From: Gammaproteobacteria bacterium | Lineage (GTDB): Bacteria; Pseudomonadota; Gammaproteobacteria; JBIOEC01 | Assembly (NCBI GenBank): GCA_965279305.1 | Contig: OZ257143.1 | Span: 270,001-302,000 of the forward strand | Reading direction: 5' to 3' | DNA: 32,000 nt | Part shown: positions 15,934-25,503 of the stretch, piece after piece | How positions within the stretch are numbered: position 1 is the stretch's first letter | Layout: the number at the start of each line of letters is the position of its first letter | The notes under the pieces: generated by a model | Seen by the model: the letters and a program-made list of their open reading frames with translations, nothing else | What the model was told of the DNA's origin: nothing | Database searches by the model: none | Made by a program: the position numbers and the translations under genes

Positions 15934-17778
15934 TTAAGAGAGCCAGGCTTTACGACGAACAACATCAGGTGAAGAGCTACTGTCATCAATAGTAAGAACG
16001 GGAACAGGCATTGCTGCCTCTAAGGTAAGCGTAAATTCTAATAATAGATCACGTCTAAATGCATGAACCGTTATTTTATCTCCAGGTACATACCGCGCTA
16101 AATGCAAGGCTAATGTAGCTGTATCTACTCGCAATTGATCCACCGCAACTACTATATCACCTGCGGATAAACCTGCTTTCTGTGCTGCACTTCCTATTAA
16201 GCAGAAAAGAATGACGGCAGCGCTTTGTTTAAGATCCCAGATCACACCTAAATCAACCGGTGTGCGAGATTCAGGAGTTTGCGCGCATAGATTTTGGTGG
16301 GTTTTATTTTCAAGAGATTTGAAAAACACATCCCCTTTATCCGCTAGCATCTTGGTGGGGCGATGTGATAAATGAACCCCTACTTTTTCTAATATTTCTT
16401 CTAAAGGCAATTCTATGGTGGAATAGAGTAATTCGTTTAATAAAGGATCTAAAATATTTCCTACACGTTGTTGTATAATTTCAATTAGTGCGCTTTCAGT
16501 CACTCCTTCTGGAGCATCGGCATATTGTTTCCACAATTCCAATACAATGGTATCTAACGATTCTTTATTCTGGGTTAATGATCGCAAGCTAATATCTAAT
16601 ATAAGGGCAATTAATGATCCTTTTAAATAATAACTCACGGTAATATTGGGCGTATTTTCATCGGGTTGATAAAACTTGATCCAAGCATCATAACTGGACT
16701 CAATTACCGATTGAGTCGTACGGCCAGGAGTACGCCATAAACGAATGATTTTCTGGGCTAAAATGCTAAAAAATTGTTGTTCAGTAATTAAGCCGCTTCT
16801 CATTAATGCCAAATCTTCGTAATAAGCGGTAAATCCTTCAAACACCCACAATTGTCCGGTGTAATTTTCACGATATAAATCATAAGGCGAAAAATTAGCA
16901 GGTTTAATACCTTTTACTAACCACGTATGTAAATACTCATGGCTGCACAATGTTAAAAAAGACATATAAACATCATTTACTGTTTCATCAGCAGGTGTTG
17001 GCAATCCGTATTTACTAAAATGTAAGCAGCAAGAAGCTCTATGTTCTAATCCGCCAAACCCTTGATCGAGCAATATAACCAAAAACACATAACGATCCAT
17101 AGGATAAGGCTTTGGAAAAAAGCTTAAGTAATACGCGCAGACTCGCTGCAGATCTTTGGTAATGCGTTTTATATCAGTATTAGGCGCTAATCCTGAAAAA
17201 ACAATTTCATGGGGAATACCTTTTTCTGTAAAAGTGGTTACCACAAAATCACCCAGCTCAATAGGATGATCAATTAATTCGGCGTAATTACTCGCTTCAT
17301 ATTCTCCAAATTCAAAAGCATTCGCATTTTTGCATTTCATCGCGGTAGCTACGCGCCATTTTTTATAAGCAGCTCCTGCTGGACGTTTTATTTCTACCAC
17401 ACAGGGTTCATTTTCTTTTCCTACTACGCACATGCACAACGTGGCAGGATTAATAGTGGAATGCGTTTGATCTAAATGGCTTCCACGAACTGATAAATCC
17501 CAGGCATACACTAAGTAACGAATAGTCACCGCTTGTGAAGTGGGTGCACACTGCCAGGTTTGCTTATCGAGTTTGAAACAATCAATAACTTTACCTTGCG
17601 ATTCCGCATGAACGTGGCTGATATGTTTAGCGAAATCACGAATTTTATAACTACCCGGCACCCATGCAGGCACATAGAATAATTGTCCATCAGGAGTAGG
17701 ATTTTTAACCGTGCAACTCACCTCAAATAAATGAGCGCTAGGATCGATAGCTTGAATAGTATAATGAATAGATGGCAT
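15934..17778 (-). CDS. M61 family (glycyl aminopeptidase-like) metallopeptidase with C-terminal PDZ domain
   Basis: 614 aa. HEYLHTW is the zinc motif HExxH, followed downstream by FEGFTAYYE. PDZ-like GLSAGDIVVAVDQLRV near the C-terminus. AAGGAAA RBS; the start lies 12 nt after the glpK stop. Confidence 0.85.
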   Translation of the reverse strand: MPSIHYTIQAIDPSAHLFEVSCTVKNPTPDGQLFYVPAWVPGSYKIRDFAKHISHVHAESQGKVIDCFKLDKQTWQCAPTSQAVTIRYLVYAWDLSVRGSHLDQTHSTINPATLCMCVVGKENEPCVVEIKRPAGAAYKKWRVATAMKCKNANAFEFGEYEASNYAELIDHPIELGDFVVTTFTEKGIPHEIVFSGLAPNTDIKRITKDLQRVCAYYLSFFPKPYPMDRYVFLVILLDQGFGGLEHRASCCLHFSKYGLPTPADETVNDVYMSFLTLCSHEYLHTWLVKGIKPANFSPYDLYRENYTGQLWVFEGFTAYYEDLALMRSGLITEQQFFSILAQKIIRLWRTPGRTTQSVIESSYDAWIKFYQPDENTPNITVSYYLKGSLIALILDISLRSLTQNKESLDTIVLELWKQYADAPEGVTESALIEIIQQRVGNILDPLLNELLYSTIELPLEEILEKVGVHLSHRPTKMLADKGDVFFKSLENKTHQNLCAQTPESRTPVDLGVIWDLKQSAAVILFCLIGSAAQKAGLSAGDIVVAVDQLRVDTATLALHLARYVPGDKITVHAFRRDLLLEFTLTLEAAMPVPVLTIDDSSSSPDVVRRKAWLS

Positions 17779-17790
17779 TGAATTTCCTTG

Positions 17791-19275
17791 TTAACTGCCT
17801 CGAATACGAGATACCGCATTTAACCAACCTTGGTATAACTCATGACTTTTTTCAAGCGACATTTGAGGTTCAAATGTTTTTTGCAAAGCCCAGCAACGTT
17901 TAATATCGTCTGTAGAAGTATACACGCCTACGCTTAAGCCTGCCAAAAACGCTGCGCCTAAAGCCGTTGTTTCAATCACTTCGGGTCTTTCTATTTTAAC
18001 ATGTAATATATTAGCTAAAAATTGCATTAACCAATTATTCGCAGCCATGCCACCATCGACTCGTAAACCTAAAAATACTTTGCCCCAATCAGCGTGAATG
18101 GCTTCTAACAAATCTCTACTTTGATAACACACTGATTCTAATGCCGCACGAACAATATGACGCACACCACTATCGCGTGTTAAACCCAAAATAGCGCCGC
18201 GGGCTAAAGGATCCCAATAAGGCGCGCCAAGTCCGGTAAATGCAGGAACTAAATACACACCTCCTGTATCAGGAATGCTTGCCGCAATGGATTCACTGTC
18301 TTTTTCGTCTGGTATTAATTTTAGCGTATCTTGTAACCATTGCACAGCAGCACCTGCCACGAAAATACTTCCTTCCAATGCATATGTCACTTTGCCGTTT
18401 AAACGATAAGCAACGGTGGTAATCAAACGATGTTGAGAGATAACCGGCGTTTCTCCAGTATTGAGCAACATAAAGCATCCCGTGCCATAAGTGCTTTTTA
18501 TCATGCCTGAAGAAAAGCAGGCTTGCCCTACTGCGGCAGCTTGCTGATCACCAATCAATGCACCAATAGGTATTTCAAAACCACAAACAGAGGCATCCGT
18601 AACACCATAGTCTGCGCTACTGTCTTTTACTTCTGGCAGTAAAGAAGAAGGAATACTAAATAAAGTGAGTAATTCAGGATCCCATTCTTGAGTATGTATA
18701 TTAAATAATAAAGTACGAGAAGCATTAGTAGCATCGGTGGCATGCACTTTTCCATTGGTGAGTTTCCACAATAAAAAAGAATCTACGGTACCAAACGCTA
18801 AGTGCCCTTCTTCTGCCCATTTAGCGACATTAGGAATATGTTGTAGCATCCATTGTAATTTGGTCGCTGAGAAATAAGGATCAATTAATAACCCTGTCTT
18901 TTTTTGAATAAGATCTTCGTGACCTTCCGCAATTAACTGATGACAAGTCAAAGCGGTGCGTCTGTCTTGCCATACAATGGCATGATGCAAAGGTTTTCCT
19001 GTTTTTTTATCCCACAGAATAGTGGTTTCACGCTGATTAGTGATCCCTAAAGCTTTTACTTGTGAAGGTTTTACTTTTGCTGTTTTTAAAACCGTTTGCA
19101 AAACGGTAAGCGAAGTTTGCCAAATTTCTTCGGCATCGTGCTCTATCCAGCCATCTTGCGGAAAGTATTGAGTAATTTTTTCTTGATGAATACTGACTAC
19201 TTTACCTTCTGTGGTAAACAGAATGGCGCGAGTGCTAGTAGTGCCTTGATCTAAGGCTAAAAGATAGTGTTCCAT
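17791..19275 (-). CDS. glpK: Glycerol kinase
   Basis: 494 aa. LALDQGTTSTRAILF, GITNQRETTILWD, GDQQAAAVGQ and VDGGMAANNWLMQFLANIL are the FGGY/GlpK hallmarks. Confidence 0.95.
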   Translation of the reverse strand: MEHYLLALDQGTTSTRAILFTTEGKVVSIHQEKITQYFPQDGWIEHDAEEIWQTSLTVLQTVLKTAKVKPSQVKALGITNQRETTILWDKKTGKPLHHAIVWQDRRTALTCHQLIAEGHEDLIQKKTGLLIDPYFSATKLQWMLQHIPNVAKWAEEGHLAFGTVDSFLLWKLTNGKVHATDATNASRTLLFNIHTQEWDPELLTLFSIPSSLLPEVKDSSADYGVTDASVCGFEIPIGALIGDQQAAAVGQACFSSGMIKSTYGTGCFMLLNTGETPVISQHRLITTVAYRLNGKVTYALEGSIFVAGAAVQWLQDTLKLIPDEKDSESIAASIPDTGGVYLVPAFTGLGAPYWDPLARGAILGLTRDSGVRHIVRAALESVCYQSRDLLEAIHADWGKVFLGLRVDGGMAANNWLMQFLANILHVKIERPEVIETTALGAAFLAGLSVGVYTSTDDIKRCWALQKTFEPQMSLEKSHELYQGWLNAVSRIRGS

Positions 19276-19311
19276 GGCTTGATTTTACCTGAAACTCTCT
19301 ACTAGGGCAAT

Positions 19312-21432
19312 TTAAGCAACGATAGGAGCAGCACGATAAACAATAGGCTTAGCAGGAAGAATAGGCCTACAATAGGTTTCGAGAGTAGGTTCGTAAGATT
19401 CTTTTAGAAGAACCAGACCCTCAAGCATATAGGGGCTTTCTATTATTGAAATCATATTATGCGCCAATTCAAATAAATATTTATTCTCCTTGTTTTTAAA
19501 AAAACTATTAGAAATAGCAACCATCAAAACCACTTCCGTAATTTTTATCTTTAAAAAATCTTTTAAAGCATCCATATCTTTATTAAAACCATCATTTCCA
19601 TAAATTTTATTTGCCAAATTAAAAATGATTTTTATTTTTGAAAAAATAAAGTTGTATATGTTTTCAAAAGAATCGCTATTTTTAGCGATATACTCAATGG
19701 AGTTAATAATATTTTCATGCTTTTCTTTATCTGATAAATATAGCATTTCAGCACAACTTAATGCATGCCTGCTATTTTTTAGCGCATAGGAAGAAACCGC
19801 TCGAACATCAATATTAAAAAAAAGATTCAAAAACACCTCTTCTTCTAAAAACTTCATATATCTTTCTCTGTCAATGGATCTTAACTCAAACATCAAAGCT
19901 AAGCATGCCAACCAATTATAATTGGAAAAATGGAATCTTAATAAAGTCAAAACCCCATTGAATCTATCTAGATTTTTTTTATCTGTGGAAAAAAGACTCC
20001 ATATTTTGTATATTTTTTCTGAAGAATCGACATCTTCTTTGCTTGCATATAAAATATATATTTTAAACAATGAATCTACATATGATTTATTAAGTTTTGG
20101 AGAATGCCTTAAAACATGACCGAATGTTTCTAAAAAAACCAATTGTTCATTCGATACTTTATGTGTTGTTAAAAGCTCTAATACTATATCTTCTAGCATA
20201 CGACTCAAAACACTAGAATCTTCGATCTTCTCTCCTAAAATCATAGAAAGCATTCTAACGACATAAAATGCATCGCTAACCTTTCCGGTTTCAATATAAT
20301 TATTTAACAACTTCATTTGCTTTATAACAAAGGCGTATATAAAAATTGCATTGCTTTTTATTTTGGAAATCATTTTTTCCGTATGTGCAAAACCAAAATC
20401 TGAACCTCTCACTAGTTTGATGTAAATATCCAGCATTGAAGGAAGATCTTCAAAACCAACCCCAAAACCATATAAAAAATCTACCAAAATCTTGGACTTC
20501 TCAAAATCTTCTGCCAACAATCTCTCTTTCAGTAAGTTTACTATTTCATCAACAAGCGTAGTCGAGTCAAAGTGTCTCTTTCCTTTATTATCTTCAATTT
20601 CAACCGATCCAATCTCTTGTAATAATTGATATAAATTATGCCCCAAAACAGGACTTCCAGAAAACAGCTGCTGCATAGCGCTATTTTTAATAGATAAAAT
20701 AAAGCTTCCTACGATATATTTCCCAATCTCTTGAAAGTATTCTTTATTTTCAACAGCTTTGAAAGCGCTAGAATGTAAAGCAGTTTTTAATGCCTGGCAA
20801 TTCTCTACCATTTTGGATGTGGCATACTCTTTACCAATGTAGCTAATCAGTTCTGCTACAGGCTTAGCTTCTTTATAAGAAAATGACATCAGATAATTAT
20901 TTAATTTTGTTATCAATGTACTTTCAATAAAAGCATTAAATTCAGCAAGACCTGCTGTATCCTCTCTAACATTGAGCAAGCTTTTAAGCAATTGTGCTAA
21001 TTCTAAAACTCTAGCAGCGGCATTATCAACGATAGTAAATTGTCTGGGTAAACGCGCTATCCATTCTTTAAAAAGTTTTTTTACTTCTTCTAATATACGT
21101 AATCTTTCACTGGGTTTTACTGAACCTAAACATAAATCGACCAATGCTCTTTGTTCAGATACTAATAACCCACTGCCTGTTGCTTTAAATTGAAGGTGTA
21201 AATGATTTTCCCACTCTGTGAATGTCTGGGGGACGGCTTGTGTAGTGATCCGTAAATTTCTTGAAACAGTGCTAGATGCAATGCTAGCTCCACTACTGGG
21301 GAGACCTGACTTATTGATAGGAGATGGTGCTGTTGAACCAGGCTTCATAGGGGTTTGAACACGTGAAGGAGGTGTTTGGCGCGCTGGAAGTCTAGGTGTT
21401 CCGGCTCTAGCAGAGCTTGCTTTTAATGCCAT
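19312..21432 (-). CDS. Orphan ~706-aa protein: P/S/T/R-rich N-terminus plus a long all-helical body (candidate effector)
   Basis: Preferred start is ATG 21432 (MALKASSARAGTPRLPARQTPPSRVQTPMKPGSTAPSP..). The ORF-track TTG start at 21495 coincides with a TTGACA -35 box. The rest is a helical, repeat-like, very AT-rich sequence with no motif I recognise. Confidence 0.65.
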   Translation of the reverse strand: MALKASSARAGTPRLPARQTPPSRVQTPMKPGSTAPSPINKSGLPSSGASIASSTVSRNLRITTQAVPQTFTEWENHLHLQFKATGSGLLVSEQRALVDLCLGSVKPSERLRILEEVKKLFKEWIARLPRQFTIVDNAAARVLELAQLLKSLLNVREDTAGLAEFNAFIESTLITKLNNYLMSFSYKEAKPVAELISYIGKEYATSKMVENCQALKTALHSSAFKAVENKEYFQEIGKYIVGSFILSIKNSAMQQLFSGSPVLGHNLYQLLQEIGSVEIEDNKGKRHFDSTTLVDEIVNLLKERLLAEDFEKSKILVDFLYGFGVGFEDLPSMLDIYIKLVRGSDFGFAHTEKMISKIKSNAIFIYAFVIKQMKLLNNYIETGKVSDAFYVVRMLSMILGEKIEDSSVLSRMLEDIVLELLTTHKVSNEQLVFLETFGHVLRHSPKLNKSYVDSLFKIYILYASKEDVDSSEKIYKIWSLFSTDKKNLDRFNGVLTLLRFHFSNYNWLACLALMFELRSIDRERYMKFLEEEVFLNLFFNIDVRAVSSYALKNSRHALSCAEMLYLSDKEKHENIINSIEYIAKNSDSFENIYNFIFSKIKIIFNLANKIYGNDGFNKDMDALKDFLKIKITEVVLMVAISNSFFKNKENKYLFELAHNMISIIESPYMLEGLVLLKESYEPTLETYCRPILPAKPIVYRAAPIVA

Positions 21433-21466
21433 AAAATAATAAACCGAGTACAAAAATATAGTATTA

Positions 21467-21495
21467 ACTTTACCAATCTCACGGTCAACTGTCAA
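21467..21495 (-). promoter_or_regulatory. Candidate promoter for the orphan gene (TTGACA-N17-TAAAGT)
   Basis: The reverse complement reads TTGACA (21495-21490), a 17-nt spacer, then TAAAGT (21472-21467), about 35 nt upstream of ATG 21432. Confidence 0.4.
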
Positions 21496-21609
21496 TTTTT
21501 TGAGCAGCTAATTCTACATAAGACTGTATAAACGTGTACCTATCTCGAACGGGAGCTTTCAGTTAGAATAACTAGGCATAGCGGTTTTTAATGCACAAGG
21601 ATCACGCTC

Positions 21610-22335
21610 ATGATGGATATATTAGCTAAACCTTCTTCAACAAAGTCTTTCACCTTGAAAGGTGGGCTTTATACACTGACCACCTTACATTTAGAACAGA
21701 CCAGCATCAGCGCACTTAGCAAACAGTTAGCTGAAACCGTTAAACAAGCTCCTAAATTTTTTGATCACACGCCTGTAGTCGTAGACTTGCAAGCGGTTGC
21801 TACGAACACCAACACACTCAATATGAACGAATTAGCCACCTGCTTACGTGAGTTTGGCTTAGTTCCCGTTGGAATGCGCGGCGGTAGCGAAAAACAACGC
21901 AAATCCGGTGTAGCTGCCGGGTGGGCTTTAATGCCAGAACCTCAAAAAGGTGAAACGGGCAGATCAAAATCTAAAGGCTCGGGTGAGCCTGCTCATAATA
22001 GAGCCCCTACCAAGATTATTACTCAACCTGTGCGTTCAGGCCAACAGATCTATGCACAAGGCGGAGATTTGATTGTACTCGCTCCTGTGAGTGCTGGTGC
22101 CGAAGTGTTAGCCGATGGCAATATTCATGTTTACGCACCTTTGCGTGGTAGAGCATTAGCCGGTGTATTGGGCGATACAGAAGCCAGAATTTTTTGCCAT
22201 CACTTAGCTGCAGAACTTATTGCGATTGCGGGACATTACAAAGTCAGCGATCAGATGAAAGAGCAGTTAAATTGTTGGGAAAAAAATGCAATAATTTACT
22301 TAACTGACGATCATTTAACCATTCAAGCATTATGA
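21610..22335 (+). CDS. minC: Septum site-determining protein MinC
   Basis: 241 aa. The C-terminal beta-helix is typical of MinC (VRSGQQIYAQGGDLIVLAPVSAGAEVLADGNIHVYAPLRGRALAG). Followed by minD and minE. Confidence 0.92.
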   Translation: MMDILAKPSSTKSFTLKGGLYTLTTLHLEQTSISALSKQLAETVKQAPKFFDHTPVVVDLQAVATNTNTLNMNELATCLREFGLVPVGMRGGSEKQRKSGVAAGWALMPEPQKGETGRSKSKGSGEPAHNRAPTKIITQPVRSGQQIYAQGGDLIVLAPVSAGAEVLADGNIHVYAPLRGRALAGVLGDTEARIFCHHLAAELIAIAGHYKVSDQMKEQLNCWEKNAIIYLTDDHLTIQAL

Positions 22336-22463
22336 TGCATTTTTTGCTAGGAATTGCAAAAAACTTATAGTACTATAATAGTGTGATAGATAATCTCTGC
22401 GCACAACATCTTGTTGTGGCAATACTGAGTGTTCAAACAAATACATATCAAGAGGACTGAATT

Positions 22464-23282
22464 GTGGCAACAAATATCGTGGTAACTTCGGGTAAAGGCG
22501 GCGTGGGTAAAACTACGACGAGTGCTGCTTTTGCAATGGGCTTAGCTGAACTAGGGCACAAAACCGTTGTTGTAGACTTCGATGTGGGCTTACGCAATTT
22601 AGATTTGATTATGGGTTGTGAACGTCGAGTGGTTTACGATTTCGTTAACGTGATCCATGGTGAAGCACAATTAAGCCAAGCCTTAATTCGAGACAAACGC
22701 TGCGAAAACTTATATATTTTACCTGCCTCACAAACACGTGATAAAGACGCTCTTACACAAGAAGGCGTTGAAAAGGTGATGCAAGATTTAGCTAAACAAT
22801 TTGATTATATTGTTTGCGACTCCCCTGCTGGTATTGAAAAAGGTGCTTTAATGGCCCTTTACCATGCCGATCACGCTATCGTGGTAACCAACCCAGAAGT
22901 TTCTTCTGTGCGTGACTCTGATCGTATTCTAGGTATTTTGGCTAGCAAATCTAAACGTGCTGAACAAAACTTACCTCCTATTAAAGAGCACTTATTATTA
23001 ACTCGTTATTGCCCTGATCGCGTTAGCCGCGGTGAAATGTTAAGCATTGACGACGTACAAGAAATTTTATCTATTTCCTTATTAGGCGTTATTCCTGAAT
23101 CTAAAGCCGTACTTCGCGCTTCAAACTCAGGTATTCCCGTTATTTTAGACAAAGAAAGTAATGCAGGCCATGCTTATGCAGATTCAGTTCGACGCTTTTT
23201 AGGCGAAGAAGTGCCAATGCGTTTTGTTAGAGCATCTAAGAAAGGAATATTGGAAAGACTATTCGGGACGGCAACATCATGA
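22464..23282 (+). CDS. minD: Septum site-determining ATPase MinD
   Basis: GTG start. [18 protein letters not shown] is the deviant Walker A, and the C-terminus is an amphipathic helix ([10 protein letters not shown]). 272 aa. Confidence 0.95.
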   Translation: MATNIVVTSGKGGVGKTTTSAAFAMGLAELGHKTVVVDFDVGLRNLDLIMGCERRVVYDFVNVIHGEAQLSQALIRDKRCENLYILPASQTRDKDALTQEGVEKVMQDLAKQFDYIVCDSPAGIEKGALMALYHADHAIVVTNPEVSSVRDSDRILGILASKSKRAEQNLPPIKEHLLLTRYCPDRVSRGEMLSIDDVQEILSISLLGVIPESKAVLRASNSGIPVILDKESNAGHAYADSVRRFLGEEVPMRFVRASKKGILERLFGTATS

Positions 23283-23551
23283 TGAATTTTATAGATTTTT
23301 TTCGTCAAAACAAAAAAAGTACCGCTAGCATCGCTAAAGAGCGTTTGCAAATTATTGTGGCTCATCAGCGCTCTCAAGAACGCGCTGATTATTTACCTGC
23401 TTTACAGCGCGAGATTTTGGCTGTTATCAAAAAATACGTCAAAATTAACGATGAAAACGTGCGAGTTGAGCTAGAACGCAGCGGTGATTGCTCTGTGCTT
23501 GAGCTTAACATTACACTGCCAGAAGCAGAAACAGCTACCGCCCCTTCTTAA
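23279..23551 (+). CDS. minE: Cell division topological specificity factor MinE
   Basis: 90 aa, with the start overlapping the minD stop (ATGATGA). N-terminal [25 protein letters not shown] is typical of MinE. Confidence 0.93.
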   Translation: MMNFIDFFRQNKKSTASIAKERLQIIVAHQRSQERADYLPALQREILAVIKKYVKINDENVRVELERSGDCSVLELNITLPEAETATAPS

Positions 23552-23571
23552 ATTAATTTATACTTTTCTGT

Positions 23572-23694
23572 CAGGACGCACAAAAAAGGTGTGAGACGAG
23601 GCAAAAGCCACTCGAAAAAGCGGAGTGTACTCTTGTACGTGAGTATTTTTCGAGTGGCTTTTAACGAAGTATCACACCTTTTTGGAAAGTCCTG
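23572..23694. terminator. 123-nt three-tier palindromic hairpin between the convergent minE and fadD genes (bidirectional terminator and/or palindromic element)
   Basis: Perfect pairings: CAGGAC (23572-77)/GTCCTG (23689-94); AAAAAGGTGTGA (23583-94)/TCACACCTTTTT (23672-83); AAAAGCCACTCGAAAAA (23603-19)/TTTTTCGAGTGGCTTTT (23646-62). The apical loop is 26 nt. The right arm encodes the last fadD codons and its stop. Confidence 0.6.
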
Positions 23695-25357
23695 CTTCAT
23701 CACGAAGTTCTCGGCGTAAAATTTTCCCTACATTGCTCTTAGGCAAATGATCCCTAAATTCAATTTCTTTAGGACGTTTATAGCCGGTTAAATTATCATG
23801 GCAACATTTTCTAATCGATTCTTCGGTTAAACTAGAATCTTTCTTAACCACAAATAATTTAATCACTTCGCCCGAATGCTCATCCGGAACCCCAATCGCT
23901 GCTGCTTCTAAAACACCTGAGCACTTTACTACTAAATCCTCAATCTCATTTGGATATACATTAAAACCTGATACTTTAATCATATCTTTTTTACGATCTA
24001 ATAAATATAAAAAGCCTTTATCATCTATTTTTCCAATATCGCCTGTACGCAACCACCCGTTTTTATCAAACACTTTTTGGGTTTCTTCCGCTTTTTTCCA
24101 ATAGCCTTTCATCACCTGAGGACCTTTTACCCAAATCTCTCCTTCTTGGTTTATATCTAGTACTTTTTCTTTATCATCACGTATTTCAACATCCGTAGAA
24201 GGAATAGGCAAACCAATACTTTCATTAAATTCCTTTTGATTGAGCGGAGAAATAGACACCGCAGGAGATGTTTCTGTTAAACCATATCCTACATATAATA
24301 TTTTGCCTGTTAATTTATGCCACCCTTCTGCAACGGTTCGTTGCACTGCCATTCCACCTCCTAATGACACTTCTAGTGGCTTAAAATCTACACTTGAGAT
24401 AGCCGGATGTTGTAATAACGCGTTAAATAAAGTATTTACTCCCGAAATAAAATGAAAAGGTTGTTTTTTTAATGTTTTAATAAGACCATTAATATCACGA
24501 GGATCGGTAATTAATATATTAAAAGATCCTAAAGACATCAGTAATAAACAATTCGCTAACAAAGAAAACACATGATAAAAAGGCAATGGGCTTATGCCTG
24601 TCATTTCTTTACCCGGTTTAAAAATATGTTGTGTCCATGTTTGTGCTTGACTTAAATTGGCTAACATATTGTGATGTGTTAGCATAGCGCCTTTAGGCAC
24701 ACCAGTGGTGCCTCCGGTATATTGTAAAAATGCAATATCTTCTAAATCTATATTCACTTGCGGAGCAGGCATTTCGCTGCCTTTAATCATAACGTCTCTA
24801 AATGATTTTGCACTTGGAATATTCCAATGCTTTATTTGTCTTTTAACCCATTTTAAAACAAATTGTATAACCATACGTTTGCTAGGGGGCATTAAATCGC
24901 CTAGTTCAGTGGTAATCACTTGCAAATGTTTCAGTGAAGGAAGCACTTCTTGCAATATGTGAGCGGCGCCATCCCAAACAATAATCGCTTTTGCATCCGC
25001 ATCTTGTAATTCATGTAATAATTCAGGGGGTGTATATTGCGGGTTCACATTTACAGCGACTAAACCTGCACGCAAAATACCAAATAAACTGACAGGATAT
25101 TGCAAGGTATTGGGCAGCATAATGGCAACGCGATCACCGGGTTGCAGTTTTAATTCATGACGTAAATAAGCGGCTAACGCCTTAGAACGATGATCAAATT
25201 GTTTATATGTAATCGTCGTTCCAAAATTGGAAAAGGCAGGTTTTTCGGCAAATTGTGTGCATATTTTGTCGCAAAAATCTGCCAAGGATTTATAGGCAAT
25301 AGGAGGGATCTCATGCGGGATCCCAGGCTCATAGCTGGCAAACCATGGTGCTTTCAT
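23672..25357 (-). CDS. fadD: Long-chain-fatty-acid--CoA ligase
   Basis: 561 aa. AMP-binding signature LQYTGGTTGVPKGAMLTHHN, plus YGLTETSP, GWLRTGDIG and PKSNVGKILRREL. Confidence 0.93.
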   Translation of the reverse strand: MKAPWFASYEPGIPHEIPPIAYKSLADFCDKICTQFAEKPAFSNFGTTITYKQFDHRSKALAAYLRHELKLQPGDRVAIMLPNTLQYPVSLFGILRAGLVAVNVNPQYTPPELLHELQDADAKAIIVWDGAAHILQEVLPSLKHLQVITTELGDLMPPSKRMVIQFVLKWVKRQIKHWNIPSAKSFRDVMIKGSEMPAPQVNIDLEDIAFLQYTGGTTGVPKGAMLTHHNMLANLSQAQTWTQHIFKPGKEMTGISPLPFYHVFSLLANCLLLMSLGSFNILITDPRDINGLIKTLKKQPFHFISGVNTLFNALLQHPAISSVDFKPLEVSLGGGMAVQRTVAEGWHKLTGKILYVGYGLTETSPAVSISPLNQKEFNESIGLPIPSTDVEIRDDKEKVLDINQEGEIWVKGPQVMKGYWKKAEETQKVFDKNGWLRTGDIGKIDDKGFLYLLDRKKDMIKVSGFNVYPNEIEDLVVKCSGVLEAAAIGVPDEHSGEVIKLFVVKKDSSLTEESIRKCCHDNLTGYKRPKEIEFRDHLPKSNVGKILRRELRDEAGLSKKV

Positions 25358-25374
25358 AAAAAATTCCCTTTCAC

Positions 25375-25485
25375 GGGTGAGTGAGGGGTGTATGGTTATT
25401 CAAGACGCTGTAAATACTTCCCTGTACGCTCAGCCTCGGCATCCTGCCTCGGATGCTTGAATAACCATACACCCCTCACTCACCC
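25375..25485. repeat. 111-bp MITE-like element: perfect 30-bp inverted arms around a 51-nt core
   Basis: GGGTGAGTGAGGGGTGTATGGTTATTCAAG (25375-25404) is the exact reverse complement of 25456-25485. The core contains a GCCTCGG direct repeat and a CATCC/GGATG mini-hairpin. It lies 18 nt after the htpG stop and 17 nt before the fadD ATG. Confidence 0.7.
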
Positions 25486-25503
25486 TGCATCATGCAATTT
25501 TTA

